Of a stretch of DNA of 64,000 nucleotides, positions 16,960 through 25,866 are shown piece after piece (the stretch's first letter is position 1; each line of letters begins with the position of its first letter). Made by a program: the position numbers and the translations under genes. The notes beneath the pieces were generated by a model, which ran no database searches, was not told the DNA's origin, and was given only the letters and a program-made list of their open reading frames with translations. The stretch comes from a virus (Duplodnaviria > Caudoviricetes), in the IMG/VR virus record IMGVR_UViG_3300049846_001293, positions 1,683 to 65,682 of that record; one strand, given 5' to 3'.

Positions 16960-18062
16960 TAGAATTCGCCTTCCTCACGAACGGTCACACCGACCGGAAA
17001 CTGCGGCACACGTTCCTTCTTCGTGATCGTCTGGTATCGAACCGTGAGATACTTGCCAATCAACGACTTTCGCATCTTCCACATTTCTGCACGAACCTCG
17101 GTCGAACCTTCCGGCCGTGCCTTGAACGTGTTGCCTTCCTTCGTGATACATTCGAAGATGGCCAGACCCTTCTCACGACCGTCGCCTTCCAGCACCCCGA
17201 CGATCTCGAATTCCGAATCCACGAAATCCTTGTGCTTCTGCAACTGCGTGGACCGGTGGCCGACATCATAACCCGCCGAATCGTCCCGAACGATGATGCC
17301 TTCGTATCCTTCGGCGACGAACTGCTTGTGGAACTTCAAGACCTCGGCTTCGTTCTTCGCCGTATACGTCGGAATCACCTTCACGTTCTTGGGCGCGTGC
17401 TTCTTGACCAGCGCCTTCAATACGGCGAGCCGTTCGGAATACGGCGAGTCCAACATGATGTCATATACGATATACGTCAGTTTCTCTGAAATGCCCGGCT
17501 TGTAGGACTTCAGCGCCTGAGCGGTTTCTTCCAGCGGCACGTTGCCGGGCAGGATGAGTTCGCCATCAACGACCTGACCCTCGGTGTCGAACAGTAGATG
17601 CTGGACCGCGGGCAGGACCATGTCCTTGCCACCACGGGACCAGCATTCTTCGTCCTGTTGCAGCATGCGATTGCCGTCGAGCTTCGGCTGAACGAGGACC
17701 GGATATACCAGTGACTTCTTCCGCTTACTGAACGTCTGCGCGAGCATAGGCAACGGCCGAACGGCCGACACCTTGCCCGGCTCCGTGTATCCCTTGTCCT
17801 GTTGCTTCTGTACCATGCTGCGGAATTCATCACGCGCTTGGTCCTTGGCAGACGTCTCGTTCGCGCGACCGACGTTCTTTGGCGTCGCTTCATATGGATC
17901 GCTGAACTGTACCTTGGAGGTCTTACCGTCCGCAGTGCCCTGCCAATAGGACGTCTGCGTATACCACCGACCTCCCTCGGTAACAATATGGGCCTGCCAG
18001 AACTTGTCCTTGCCGGTACGGGTCTTGGACACAAGGACGGGAGACGAATGGAAGGTCTTCAT
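16959..18062 (-). CDS. lig: ATP-dependent DNA ligase with WGR-like N-terminal domain
   Basis: PMLA, QPKLDGNR, DGEL, YDI, EGIIVR, QKHK, OB fold ending PQFPV; start trimmed to MKTFH. Confidence 0.9.
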   Translation of the reverse strand: MKTFHSSPVLVSKTRTGKDKFWQAHIVTEGGRWYTQTSYWQGTADGKTSKVQFSDPYEATPKNVGRANETSAKDQARDEFRSMVQKQQDKGYTEPGKVSAVRPLPMLAQTFSKRKKSLVYPVLVQPKLDGNRMLQQDEECWSRGGKDMVLPAVQHLLFDTEGQVVDGELILPGNVPLEETAQALKSYKPGISEKLTYIVYDIMLDSPYSERLAVLKALVKKHAPKNVKVIPTYTAKNEAEVLKFHKQFVAEGYEGIIVRDDSAGYDVGHRSTQLQKHKDFVDSEFEIVGVLEGDGREKGLAIFECITKEGNTFKARPEGSTEVRAEMWKMRKSLIGKYLTVRYQTITKKERVPQFPVGVTVREEGEF

Positions 18063-18097
18063 AGATTCCAGTTTTGAGGTGGTCGGGACTATGCTGA

Positions 18098-18133
18098 AAT
18101 CTAACACAAAGACCCCTCGAAATCAAGGGGTCT
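18098..18133 (-). promoter_or_regulatory. Sigma70-like promoter overlapping a hairpin or terminator
   Basis: TTGATT-17 nt-TAGATT within the AGACCCCT...AGGGGTCT stem. Confidence 0.5.
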
Positions 18134-18146
18134 GAAATGTGAGCAA

Positions 18147-18962
18147 TTAGAAGGTAAAGAACTTGCGAAGCTGCTTCGTACTTTCCAGTTTCCGGGTGTT
18201 TGACTTGACCGTCTTGTTGTGCTGATTGCTGGCAGTGGCATTGTATACAATAGACGGGGTATCGGACCATTCTCCTGTGTCAAGGTCTTGGATCTTCCAC
18301 TCCAAATCGGCCTGTTTGGGATATGGCGTGTTCCAATCCATCGGAGACTCTCGGAGCAAGGCCTTCTGTTCTTTCTTGCCACAGGTGAAATAGACGTATC
18401 GAAACTGCTTGCCTCGAACGTGTTGCCATCCCCGTTGTTTCAGAATCGTTAACGTGGGACGATGGCCGTATTTGGTGGTGGTTTTGTCTCCCATCGTTTG
18501 AGAAGTTCGTGGATGTACCTTTTCGCCGGTTTCAGCAATATAGAGGTCCGTCCAGATGAATCCACCGTATTTGAAATTGGCCGCTTGATACACATACCCC
18601 GGCTTACCCAAAATACCATCGGCCCACGTAAACAACACCTTGCACGTGGTATTGTCCTTGATCCATTGAACTACACGGGATAGAAAGATGGACTCGGAAT
18701 TCTTGGGCATCGACTCATCCATGCACATCTTGCCGATCTCATAGTAGTCGGTGCGTTCCAATGATGGAAACAACAATTTAATGGTGTGTACCGGTCGAAC
18801 ACCCCACCCCAATGTCATCACCCCGACCAATGTATCATCAATGAACCCGCCGAGATAATGTTCGGTGAGCTTCGGCATGATCTTGCTGTAGTGGTGAGCA
18901 AAAATGAGTTCGATAGCCTGCATCTTATCGATGGGTCGAACTTCCAGTTTCGTGATATCCAT
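18147..18962 (-). CDS. Mom-like GNAT-fold DNA modification protein 1
   Basis: HHYSK, LVGVMTLG, EIGKMC, KNSES..LS, LFTWAD...GYVYQAANFKYGG. Confidence 0.75.
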   Translation of the reverse strand: MDITKLEVRPIDKMQAIELIFAHHYSKIMPKLTEHYLGGFIDDTLVGVMTLGWGVRPVHTIKLLFPSLERTDYYEIGKMCMDESMPKNSESIFLSRVVQWIKDNTTCKVLFTWADGILGKPGYVYQAANFKYGGFIWTDLYIAETGEKVHPRTSQTMGDKTTTKYGHRPTLTILKQRGWQHVRGKQFRYVYFTCGKKEQKALLRESPMDWNTPYPKQADLEWKIQDLDTGEWSDTPSIVYNATASNQHNKTVKSNTRKLESTKQLRKFFTF

Positions 18963-19783
18963 TATTTGTTTTGTCTGAGCGTGAACGTGCCGTCACCGAC
19001 ACCTGAAATCCGTTCCACCGAAACCACGGTGCCGGTGGAATCAACGGTAATCTTCTGAATCAATTGATCCACCGGTTGTAAACTATCATACCCAATGATA
19101 GGCAACTTCAGCAGTTTCTTCAATCGTTTGGTTTCTTTCTTATCGGTCAAGAAATAAAGATACCGGTGTTTCGCCGTTTCTTCCTTGCGCCAGAACGTGT
19201 GACCGATAGCTTGTGCAAGATTCTCGATTTTCTTGTTCCCGAACCGTTCGCTGACCGACCGACTATGCATCCACGGACCGTCTTCGGCCAATCGAATGCT
19301 ATAGTCCGGCATGAGTTTACTGACGCCACAACCCTGATACAGCCAGTTGGTTGCTTGGTAGATTTTTCCGATGTGGCCCACTTCAGGATCCGCATAACTG
19401 ATCAACACCTTCACAGCCGGGTCATTTTCTCGAATCCATTTGAATGATTGACCGATGACATACGATTCTATGTTCTTTCCGTATCCATCATTGATGTGCA
19501 ACCGAATCAACTCCAATACCTCATTCAGTGCCAACACTCCTACTCCACAGATCGAATCGATTGCACGATTGCTGACCGGATGGGCATAGACAATCGTTCC
19601 GATCAATGTATCGCCGAGGTCAAAGAACTTATTGGTATTGCCTTTTGCATACACACCCAACGCATATCGACACCCATTCATATTTTGGGTGTAATGATGG
19701 GTTTCGATCCACTCTTTAGCAACCGATTTATGAATCGGACGAACCGATATTACCGTCGGATCAACATATACATCAGTGGTCAT
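18962..19783 (-). CDS. Mom-like GNAT-fold DNA modification protein 2
   Basis: HHYT, LIGTIVY, LELIRL, KNIES, LISYADPEVGHIGKIYQATNWLYQG, KHRYLY. Confidence 0.8.
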   Translation of the reverse strand: MTTDVYVDPTVISVRPIHKSVAKEWIETHHYTQNMNGCRYALGVYAKGNTNKFFDLGDTLIGTIVYAHPVSNRAIDSICGVGVLALNEVLELIRLHINDGYGKNIESYVIGQSFKWIRENDPAVKVLISYADPEVGHIGKIYQATNWLYQGCGVSKLMPDYSIRLAEDGPWMHSRSVSERFGNKKIENLAQAIGHTFWRKEETAKHRYLYFLTDKKETKRLKKLLKLPIIGYDSLQPVDQLIQKITVDSTGTVVSVERISGVGDGTFTLRQNK

Positions 19784-20151
19784 GGTTTGATTGACTTCAT
19801 GATGGATTCGTCTATTTTCTTGGCTATTTGTTCGGACAAATCCTTAGCCATCATCTTCTCAAGTTTTTTCAATGCTTGTGGATCCCAAAATGATTCTATG
19901 TCTTGTGCAAGTTCAACCGTCCATTTAGCCTTCAATTTTCGTGGTCTATGTTGTGGGACGGACTGCCATTCGAATTGGTCCGGTCCTACATGACCTTTCA
20001 CTACGATACTGTCAAAATATTTGACATGATCGGGAATGTCCTTCCACGCTACACCGGCTACGCTTGTGATTACACCCGCGACAATTTGCGTATCATTGCC
20101 ATGTGGATGAAATACTGGATACAGAGAACTTACAATAGTCCATTTTTTCAT
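19780..20151 (-). CDS. Small protein: shared N-terminal domain plus gp23 capsid-like fragment (RKLKAKWTVELAQD)
   Basis: Paralogous to 20158-20499 at the N-terminus; the C-terminus resembles a conserved gp23 segment. Confidence 0.7.
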   Translation of the reverse strand: MKKWTIVSSLYPVFHPHGNDTQIVAGVITSVAGVAWKDIPDHVKYFDSIVVKGHVGPDQFEWQSVPQHRPRKLKAKWTVELAQDIESFWDPQALKKLEKMMAKDLSEQIAKKIDESIMKSIKP

Positions 20152-20157
20152 ATCATA

Positions 20158-20499
20158 TTAGGGTTTAAGAGAAGAGGATTTTGCCCAGTCGATGTAAAAC
20201 ATCAATCCTGATGGCAGATTCATCGGTTGGACCGATATCAGACTTGAGGCTGACAGAGGCGGGAACGCAGTCTTAACATTGGGTATCGCCAGTGGTGATT
20301 CAATCCATTGAAAATCGTCAACGGTAACGCCGGATTTACAAACTAAACCACCGCAATACTTTGCTGAGTCAGGAATATCAATCCATAAGACGCCGGCGAC
20401 ACTGACGATTTTTCCAGCAATACACACTTTCCGACCACCCTGGACATACACAATTTCCGGTCGAGCCGTGCTTACAATTTCCCATGGAGATTTGATCAT
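20158..20499 (-). CDS. Small protein: shared N-terminal domain plus gp23 Gol-region-like fragment (SVQPMNLPSGLMFYID)
   Basis: Paralogous to 19780-20151; the C-terminus carries the gp23 VQPM motif; start MIKSPW. Confidence 0.7.
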   Translation of the reverse strand: MIKSPWEIVSTARPEIVYVQGGRKVCIAGKIVSVAGVLWIDIPDSAKYCGGLVCKSGVTVDDFQWIESPLAIPNVKTAFPPLSASSLISVQPMNLPSGLMFYIDWAKSSSLKP

Positions 20500-20500
20500 A

Positions 20501-23182
20501 TTAGAATGTGAACCATTTGAAGGCACTTTGATTGATTTCCGTGGGCAATAAGCCCCAGTTCAAAGCATCATAGAAATCTTGCAACTTATTCTTCAACTCT
20601 TTTTCATAGAGCCAATCATAATCCATATACTCGTCCACAAGCGCCACGAGTTCCGGTGGGTCATCATATCCTTTGAGAGCTATCGTGTGAATTCCCAACT
20701 CGTTCTTTTTCAACTGCGTCCACTTGATCTTCGCACCGTCCCGAATGGATTCGTGAATCTTGTCCAACTTGAATTTTCGGAGATATCGATTGTATGTGAT
20801 CGCAGCTTTGACGTGCGCCGAACACCCCGATGGAAACTTATCGAAGCTCTTCTCTTTCTTCAGATCATAGACTTCCAATTCACTCACGGACGTATTACGA
20901 GCAACCTCCACGAACTTCAAGGTGTTCATGTGTGATCGGAATGCCAACAATAGTTCATCCAGCTCGGGCTTCTGGCTCTTACGAAGGATTTTGTTGAGAA
21001 CATCTGCCATGACCGCCTGAAACGCCGGCGGGAAACTGGAACGAACCACATCCAATCCCTTGACCTTGAACATCTTGTTCGCAATGCGTTTCCGTTCGAC
21101 ATCTGTAGTTGCCTTGGCATATGACAGTTCCAAGTCTTCGTTCTTGTCCAAGTCGTACACCACCCGCATGGCATATCGTTTCTTGGCTACCCAAAACGCC
21201 GTTTCACAAACCGCTTCACCCTTGATGAACAGTCGAGTGTTCTGGCAGAAGAACATTTTCTGCGACATGATCTTGTAGAACGTATTGAGTTGTGATTCGA
21301 ATTGCTTTGCGGTTTGTACGGCAAATTGCTTCAAATCACCCGTGGATTGGAGCGGAACGATGGAGAAATACACCGAATCGGTGTCGATATAGAGACAATG
21401 GTCATTAGGATCCAAGAATCCTTGAATTTCGGCCTCAGTCAATGGCGGTTTCACATCTCGCAACACTTCTTCATACCGATGCAACCACGCATCAGTCTTC
21501 GGCGCGACACCGGCCGCTTTGTATTGATTGGACAGATATTTTGAGGTGGTCTTGATGACATCCTGCCCAGTGGCCGTAACAGCCAAGGCATTATCCAAAT
21601 CGTAGAATCGGAAAATGGGAAGTCCCAACACACCGTAAATGGAATTCAGTAGAATCTTCTGTACGTGTTGTCGGCGGTCATAGTATTCGGACAATTCCAC
21701 GTTGCCGGCTTCAGCATATTGCTTTTTGAGTTTGTTGTATTCGATACGTTCAGCGAACCACTTATCAAGGATTTGTGGAATGACGCCGACCTTGTCGGAC
21801 CGATACAACACACCATTGCTGCTCAGCATGAATCCTTCACTGGTCATGAATTCCATGAATTGATCTTTGGTCAACACATTTTCCACGGACCCGATAGCCA
21901 CGATATATTGACCATCATTCGACTCGAAGTGCGACTTGATGTTCCAATTCTTCACATACCCCACTTTCGTTTCCGGGGAAATGTTCAAGCTCATGATGAT
22001 CGATGGGTACAGCGAATTTAGGTCCAAGTTGAAGACCCATTCATGGAGATCCGGCATCGGCGGCTTCACAAATGCGCCGGCGAATCCTTCTTCGTTATCG
22101 TCTAATCGTTGATCGAATTCGTCTCGTCCTTCCGGTCGCTTGTTAGGCGCGACACGGCCCAGACGATGCAAATACACAAGAATAGTTCCGTCAATATATT
22201 TCGAACTATACGGATAATCGTCATATTGCGTATGACCCACATGTGAGATGTTTTTGACCAAGTCAATAAGCTTCATTTTCTTGTCAATAGCCACCACAAT
22301 ACGCACGTCTTGCAAATTATATCGAATGAATTCGGGAAGGTTCGTCTCGAACAACTGATCAAGGGTTCCGTCATACTTGATCTTTCCCATACCTACTTCA
22401 TACATGCCGATGGCATCCAGTCGATAGGACGGCCGGCGAGCGAAAGTGAACTTCTGATACATATCGAAGTAGTCGAGACAACTGACACCCGCAATTTGAT
22501 ATCGATCTCGCATTCGGCTGAATCGCACGATGCCGATCGGACTCAGCATATTTGCTGTATCCTGATCGAATACGTTCCCTAGTCGATGGTAGAGATATGG
22601 AATGTCATAGGCATTACTGTTCCATCCGACCAGAATTGTCGGTTGGAGTTCACAGTAGAATTCCATGAAGGACGCCAGCATTTCGGCCTCGGTGTCGAAC
22701 CCACGTACCACACAGCCGTCAATGAGCTGGTTCCGGTTCGTCATTTTACCGTGTTGGTCCCATACCCACATCAATTCTCGCTTGTTGAACTCGTCATAAC
22801 AACCGATGGCCGTGATTTCCTTGTCGGCTTTTTCAACCGACGCAAATCCACCTTCGGAGCTGACTTCGATGTCAAAGAATAGGGTACGATGTCCCTTTGC
22901 GACCTTATCACTATGCAAATAGAGGTCGGTCAGTACACGAGTTTCTCGTTGTACGTCACTTTCGAAAATACCACGGGTATGTTCGTTCCATCGGTAGGTC
23001 TTGCTGACCCGGTCGCCGTAAATCGTTTCTAGTGGGCCTGACGGATCCAATTTATAGGCATATTCGAAGTCGGAGAACGGTAATACCCGAAGTCCCGCAT
23101 CATTATCCTCGCCGTCACCCCAAATATACACCTGTGCCGGCTCGTCATCCGTTCGATTGCTCACGTAAATGTTCTGGTACAA
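20501..23182 (-). CDS. gp43: Family B DNA polymerase (gp43-like)
   Basis: FDIE, GWNSNAYD, YNLQD exonuclease motifs; DLNSLYPS, KILLNSIYG, YIDTDS, KKRY; TTG start. Confidence 0.97.
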   Translation of the reverse strand: MYQNIYVSNRTDDEPAQVYIWGDGEDNDAGLRVLPFSDFEYAYKLDPSGPLETIYGDRVSKTYRWNEHTRGIFESDVQRETRVLTDLYLHSDKVAKGHRTLFFDIEVSSEGGFASVEKADKEITAIGCYDEFNKRELMWVWDQHGKMTNRNQLIDGCVVRGFDTEAEMLASFMEFYCELQPTILVGWNSNAYDIPYLYHRLGNVFDQDTANMLSPIGIVRFSRMRDRYQIAGVSCLDYFDMYQKFTFARRPSYRLDAIGMYEVGMGKIKYDGTLDQLFETNLPEFIRYNLQDVRIVVAIDKKMKLIDLVKNISHVGHTQYDDYPYSSKYIDGTILVYLHRLGRVAPNKRPEGRDEFDQRLDDNEEGFAGAFVKPPMPDLHEWVFNLDLNSLYPSIIMSLNISPETKVGYVKNWNIKSHFESNDGQYIVAIGSVENVLTKDQFMEFMTSEGFMLSSNGVLYRSDKVGVIPQILDKWFAERIEYNKLKKQYAEAGNVELSEYYDRRQHVQKILLNSIYGVLGLPIFRFYDLDNALAVTATGQDVIKTTSKYLSNQYKAAGVAPKTDAWLHRYEEVLRDVKPPLTEAEIQGFLDPNDHCLYIDTDSVYFSIVPLQSTGDLKQFAVQTAKQFESQLNTFYKIMSQKMFFCQNTRLFIKGEAVCETAFWVAKKRYAMRVVYDLDKNEDLELSYAKATTDVERKRIANKMFKVKGLDVVRSSFPPAFQAVMADVLNKILRKSQKPELDELLLAFRSHMNTLKFVEVARNTSVSELEVYDLKKEKSFDKFPSGCSAHVKAAITYNRYLRKFKLDKIHESIRDGAKIKWTQLKKNELGIHTIALKGYDDPPELVALVDEYMDYDWLYEKELKNKLQDFYDALNWGLLPTEINQSAFKWFTF

Positions 23183-23483
23183 TGGATCCGCCTAAAATGG
23201 ATGTAAGACTGTCAAATCGTGCGTCGCCGACCCAGTCTTTGAGTTGATTACGAAAGTTATCATTCGACCAGAGTTCTGTCAAGGCATATTCAAATGCTTC
23301 GTTTTCTGGTATTCCCCAGCCATGTGGGGTTTGAAAATGGACAAGTTTTCCGTCCAACGTCACTTCCAATTCATAGGTGCCCCAATTCCGTACATTTCGG
23401 CGACTGTATGAGAATGGTTGAGATTGAATCCACGACAATAACGTTGGTAGTTGTCCTGTTTCACTGGGTAATAGATTAGGCAT
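23145..23483 (-). CDS. Hypothetical protein
   Basis: Fills the gap between dUTPase and polymerase; likely start MPNLL. Confidence 0.5.
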   Translation of the reverse strand: MPNLLPSETGQLPTLLSWIQSQPFSYSRRNVRNWGTYELEVTLDGKLVHFQTPHGWGIPENEAFEYALTELWSNDNFRNQLKDWVGDARFDSLTSILGGSIVPEHLREQSNG

Positions 23484-23943
23484 CACTACTGCCAAATCCT
23501 TTATCTCCTCGTTTTGTGTCACTCAACTCCTCCACTTCGAGAATTTCCACGATCGGCGATGCCACCAATACCATCTGTGCGATTTTCATTCCCATCGACA
23601 CATGGAATGGATCGGTGCCGGTATTATGCATCAATACTTTGATTTCACCACGATATGACGGGTCAATAACACCGGCATGAACATAGACATTGTATTTGCT
23701 AGCAATCGAACTACGATCTTTAAGGATACCACCATATGACAACCAATACGAATTCATCAGACCTTCGGTGATGTATCGAGTAGGAAATTGACATGCGATT
23801 CCCGTGTGAACCAATGCCGCGGCACCTGGATCGATAACCGTATGTTGGGACGCGTACAAATCCAATCCCAAATCGTCATCATGTGCTTTCGTCGGAATCG
23901 TAGCAAACTCCGACAACTTCTTGAATCGAATGTCCATAACCAT
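23476..23943 (-). CDS. dut: Trimeric dUTPase
   Basis: GLDL, RSS, GVIDPSYRGEI, IAQ, RGDKGFGSS. Confidence 0.95.
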   Translation of the reverse strand: MVMDIRFKKLSEFATIPTKAHDDDLGLDLYASQHTVIDPGAAALVHTGIACQFPTRYITEGLMNSYWLSYGGILKDRSSIASKYNVYVHAGVIDPSYRGEIKVLMHNTGTDPFHVSMGMKIAQMVLVASPIVEILEVEELSDTKRGDKGFGSSDA

Positions 23944-23966
23944 TGGTGATATCCTTAAAGAAAGAG

Positions 23967-24677
23967 TTATTTGGTGGTGCTAAGTGTAACCTTTACATCG
24001 TCCGTGAATGCACCATATGACTCATTCATCATTGGTCCTGATGTTACGCCACGGGTCATCATGTACGATCCCAGTGAATTTGCAGTCGCTGTATATGTTA
24101 CTGAAGCACCGGTTGCGGTACTGTTGTACGTCGCGATGTTATTGATCGAGGCACCGAATGTCTGTTGTGCCGCGTGGATATCCACATTGGCCAATAGATA
24201 GGTGAACGTCCAGTTACCCTGGTCCTGTAACCGTTTGATTTCGTCCGTAAGAATTTGTTGTGTGACTTCTCGTGACGCATTCTCCTGACCATCGGAAATG
24301 ACACAGATAAGGTATGCGGTGTCCTTGGTAGCCGGTTTACTCTTCAAGGTGTTGATGGCGGTCCAAATGCCATCATACATGGCCGTGCCACCCCGCGGTT
24401 GAAAATCGTTCATACCCCATTCCGTGAGTTGATCGGGCTTCGCTGAATCCATCACCGTGTCAATTTCTGTGTCAAACTGTACTACGGTGATTTCCGTGTC
24501 GCCGGCCACATTGCCGGCTTTGCGAATGGCTTCGAATTGTTGATTGATACCGTCTACGGTTTGCTTATGAATGCTACTCATAGATCCCGATCGATCCAGT
24601 ACAATGGCAATGTAGGTTTTCTTGTTAGGCTTCTTCGTCCGCGTCTTCTTTGGTGTAACCTTCTTCTTAACGGCCAT
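23967..24677 (-). CDS. von Willebrand factor A domain protein
   Basis: VLDRSGSM (MIDAS), GGTAMYD, ISDGQENAS; start MAVKKK after AAGGAG. Confidence 0.85.
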   Translation of the reverse strand: MAVKKKVTPKKTRTKKPNKKTYIAIVLDRSGSMSSIHKQTVDGINQQFEAIRKAGNVAGDTEITVVQFDTEIDTVMDSAKPDQLTEWGMNDFQPRGGTAMYDGIWTAINTLKSKPATKDTAYLICVISDGQENASREVTQQILTDEIKRLQDQGNWTFTYLLANVDIHAAQQTFGASINNIATYNSTATGASVTYTATANSLGSYMMTRGVTSGPMMNESYGAFTDDVKVTLSTTK

Positions 24678-24837
24678 TGGTAGCTCCTTTCGGGGACATC
24701 CCCAGTTTATCGAAAATGTTGGTGGGTCGAACGTATGGTGCCGGTACATAAGTCACCGTGGGATAGTAGACCCACACCGGTTGATATACAATCGGCGGTC
24801 GGCAATAATGACAGCAACAGTGGTGGTGACAACACAT
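24667..24837 (-). CDS. 56-aa Cys/His-rich micro-protein
   Basis: Not in the ORF track: MCCHHHCCCHYCRPPIVYQPVWVYYPTVTYVPAPYVRPTNIFDKLGMSPKGATNGR; AAGGAG RBS and TAATG overlap. Confidence 0.65.
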   Translation of the reverse strand: MCCHHHCCCHYCRPPIVYQPVWVYYPTVTYVPAPYVRPTNIFDKLGMSPKGATNGR

Positions 24838-25415
24838 TATGGTTTCTCCTTGGCAGCGGACATACCCATCTGCTCAAAAATATTTGGATTGTTGGTTGTC
24901 GTAATGATCGAGGCCACTGCGCTGGTCATTGTATTGATACCGGTGTGTCCGGTAATCGTGGCAACTGCCGGTGATACCCAGGCCACATTGCCGCTGAGAT
25001 ATCCACCGTCTGTACTCAGCCGTACCAATTTCGCTTCGCTCAAATTCAACGGCGCTGAAGTTACTGCACATGAACCACTTTGTGCAACGTAGGTATTAAC
25101 CATATCTTCATATGATATTTGCCCGACGGCCGAGCGTCCATTGGTGTATAGCGTCGTTCGGCCGACGCCATTGATGCCTCGCCAATTGGGAGCTTTCTCC
25201 CCCACTCGAACACAACCACAACTGGTTGATTTGCCAGAAACCAATGTATACACATCGGCACGCTTGATTTGACCGCACACACAACGGACATCCATTTTGG
25301 CAGGACTACCGTGAATGATTCCATCCACGACAGTCCAAGACCCGAACGTATGTCCGTTGGCGAACTTATTAGCGTATTTTGATGTACGTTTCTTGCTCAC
25401 AATAACCTCGTTCAT
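24837..25415 (-). CDS. Degenerate HNH/EndoVII-like homing endonuclease homolog
   Basis: FGSWTV...CVCG...STSCGC zinc module; Q.G.CA...GY..GNVAWV nuclease scaffold. Confidence 0.7.
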   Translation of the reverse strand: MNEVIVSKKRTSKYANKFANGHTFGSWTVVDGIIHGSPAKMDVRCVCGQIKRADVYTLVSGKSTSCGCVRVGEKAPNWRGINGVGRTTLYTNGRSAVGQISYEDMVNTYVAQSGSCAVTSAPLNLSEAKLVRLSTDGGYLSGNVAWVSPAVATITGHTGINTMTSAVASIITTTNNPNIFEQMGMSAAKEKP

Positions 25416-25500
25416 TGTTGACCACTATACATAGTGTCGTTCGAACGGAAACGCACACTTTTGTAGATTTCAATTCGAATTACATACTTTTATGGTAAGA

Positions 25501-25833
25501 TTATACTACACTTACCGACACGGATGCAGTCTCTACCGTTTGTGTTGGGAACGTCACGATCGACTGGATGATTTTGGTACCAACTCGTCTCGTGTTTCGA
25601 TACGTGGTGATGAAATGCCCCGATGTATCCGTGACGCCGGTGGTGGATCCGAAGACATGAGTTCCGGTGCCGGTGGCCGATAGAACTACCGATGCATTCG
25701 GCGTCGGAACAAACGACCAATAGCCAGAGCCCGATCCAGCAGGCTCAAAAAATTGATATGTACCGGCCAGTACATCGATGATGGTGTCAACGTTTTTGGC
25801 AACCGACGTCGGTGTAGCAGTTAATGTGATCAT
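25501..25833 (-). CDS. Small beta-rich, Ig-like protein
   Basis: ITLTATPTS...GVTDTSGHFITTY pattern. Confidence 0.5.
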   Translation of the reverse strand: MITLTATPTSVAKNVDTIIDVLAGTYQFFEPAGSGSGYWSFVPTPNASVVLSATGTGTHVFGSTTGVTDTSGHFITTYRNTRRVGTKIIQSIVTFPTQTVETASVSVSVV

Positions 25834-25866
25834 GTGGTATTCTCAATTCGAGTTAACGTAGATTGT

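Noticed and set aside
25441-25470. Plus-strand TCGAAC-17 nt-TAGATT antisense promoter
   Set aside because: The -35 box is poor and the downstream plus-strand ORF is not credible.
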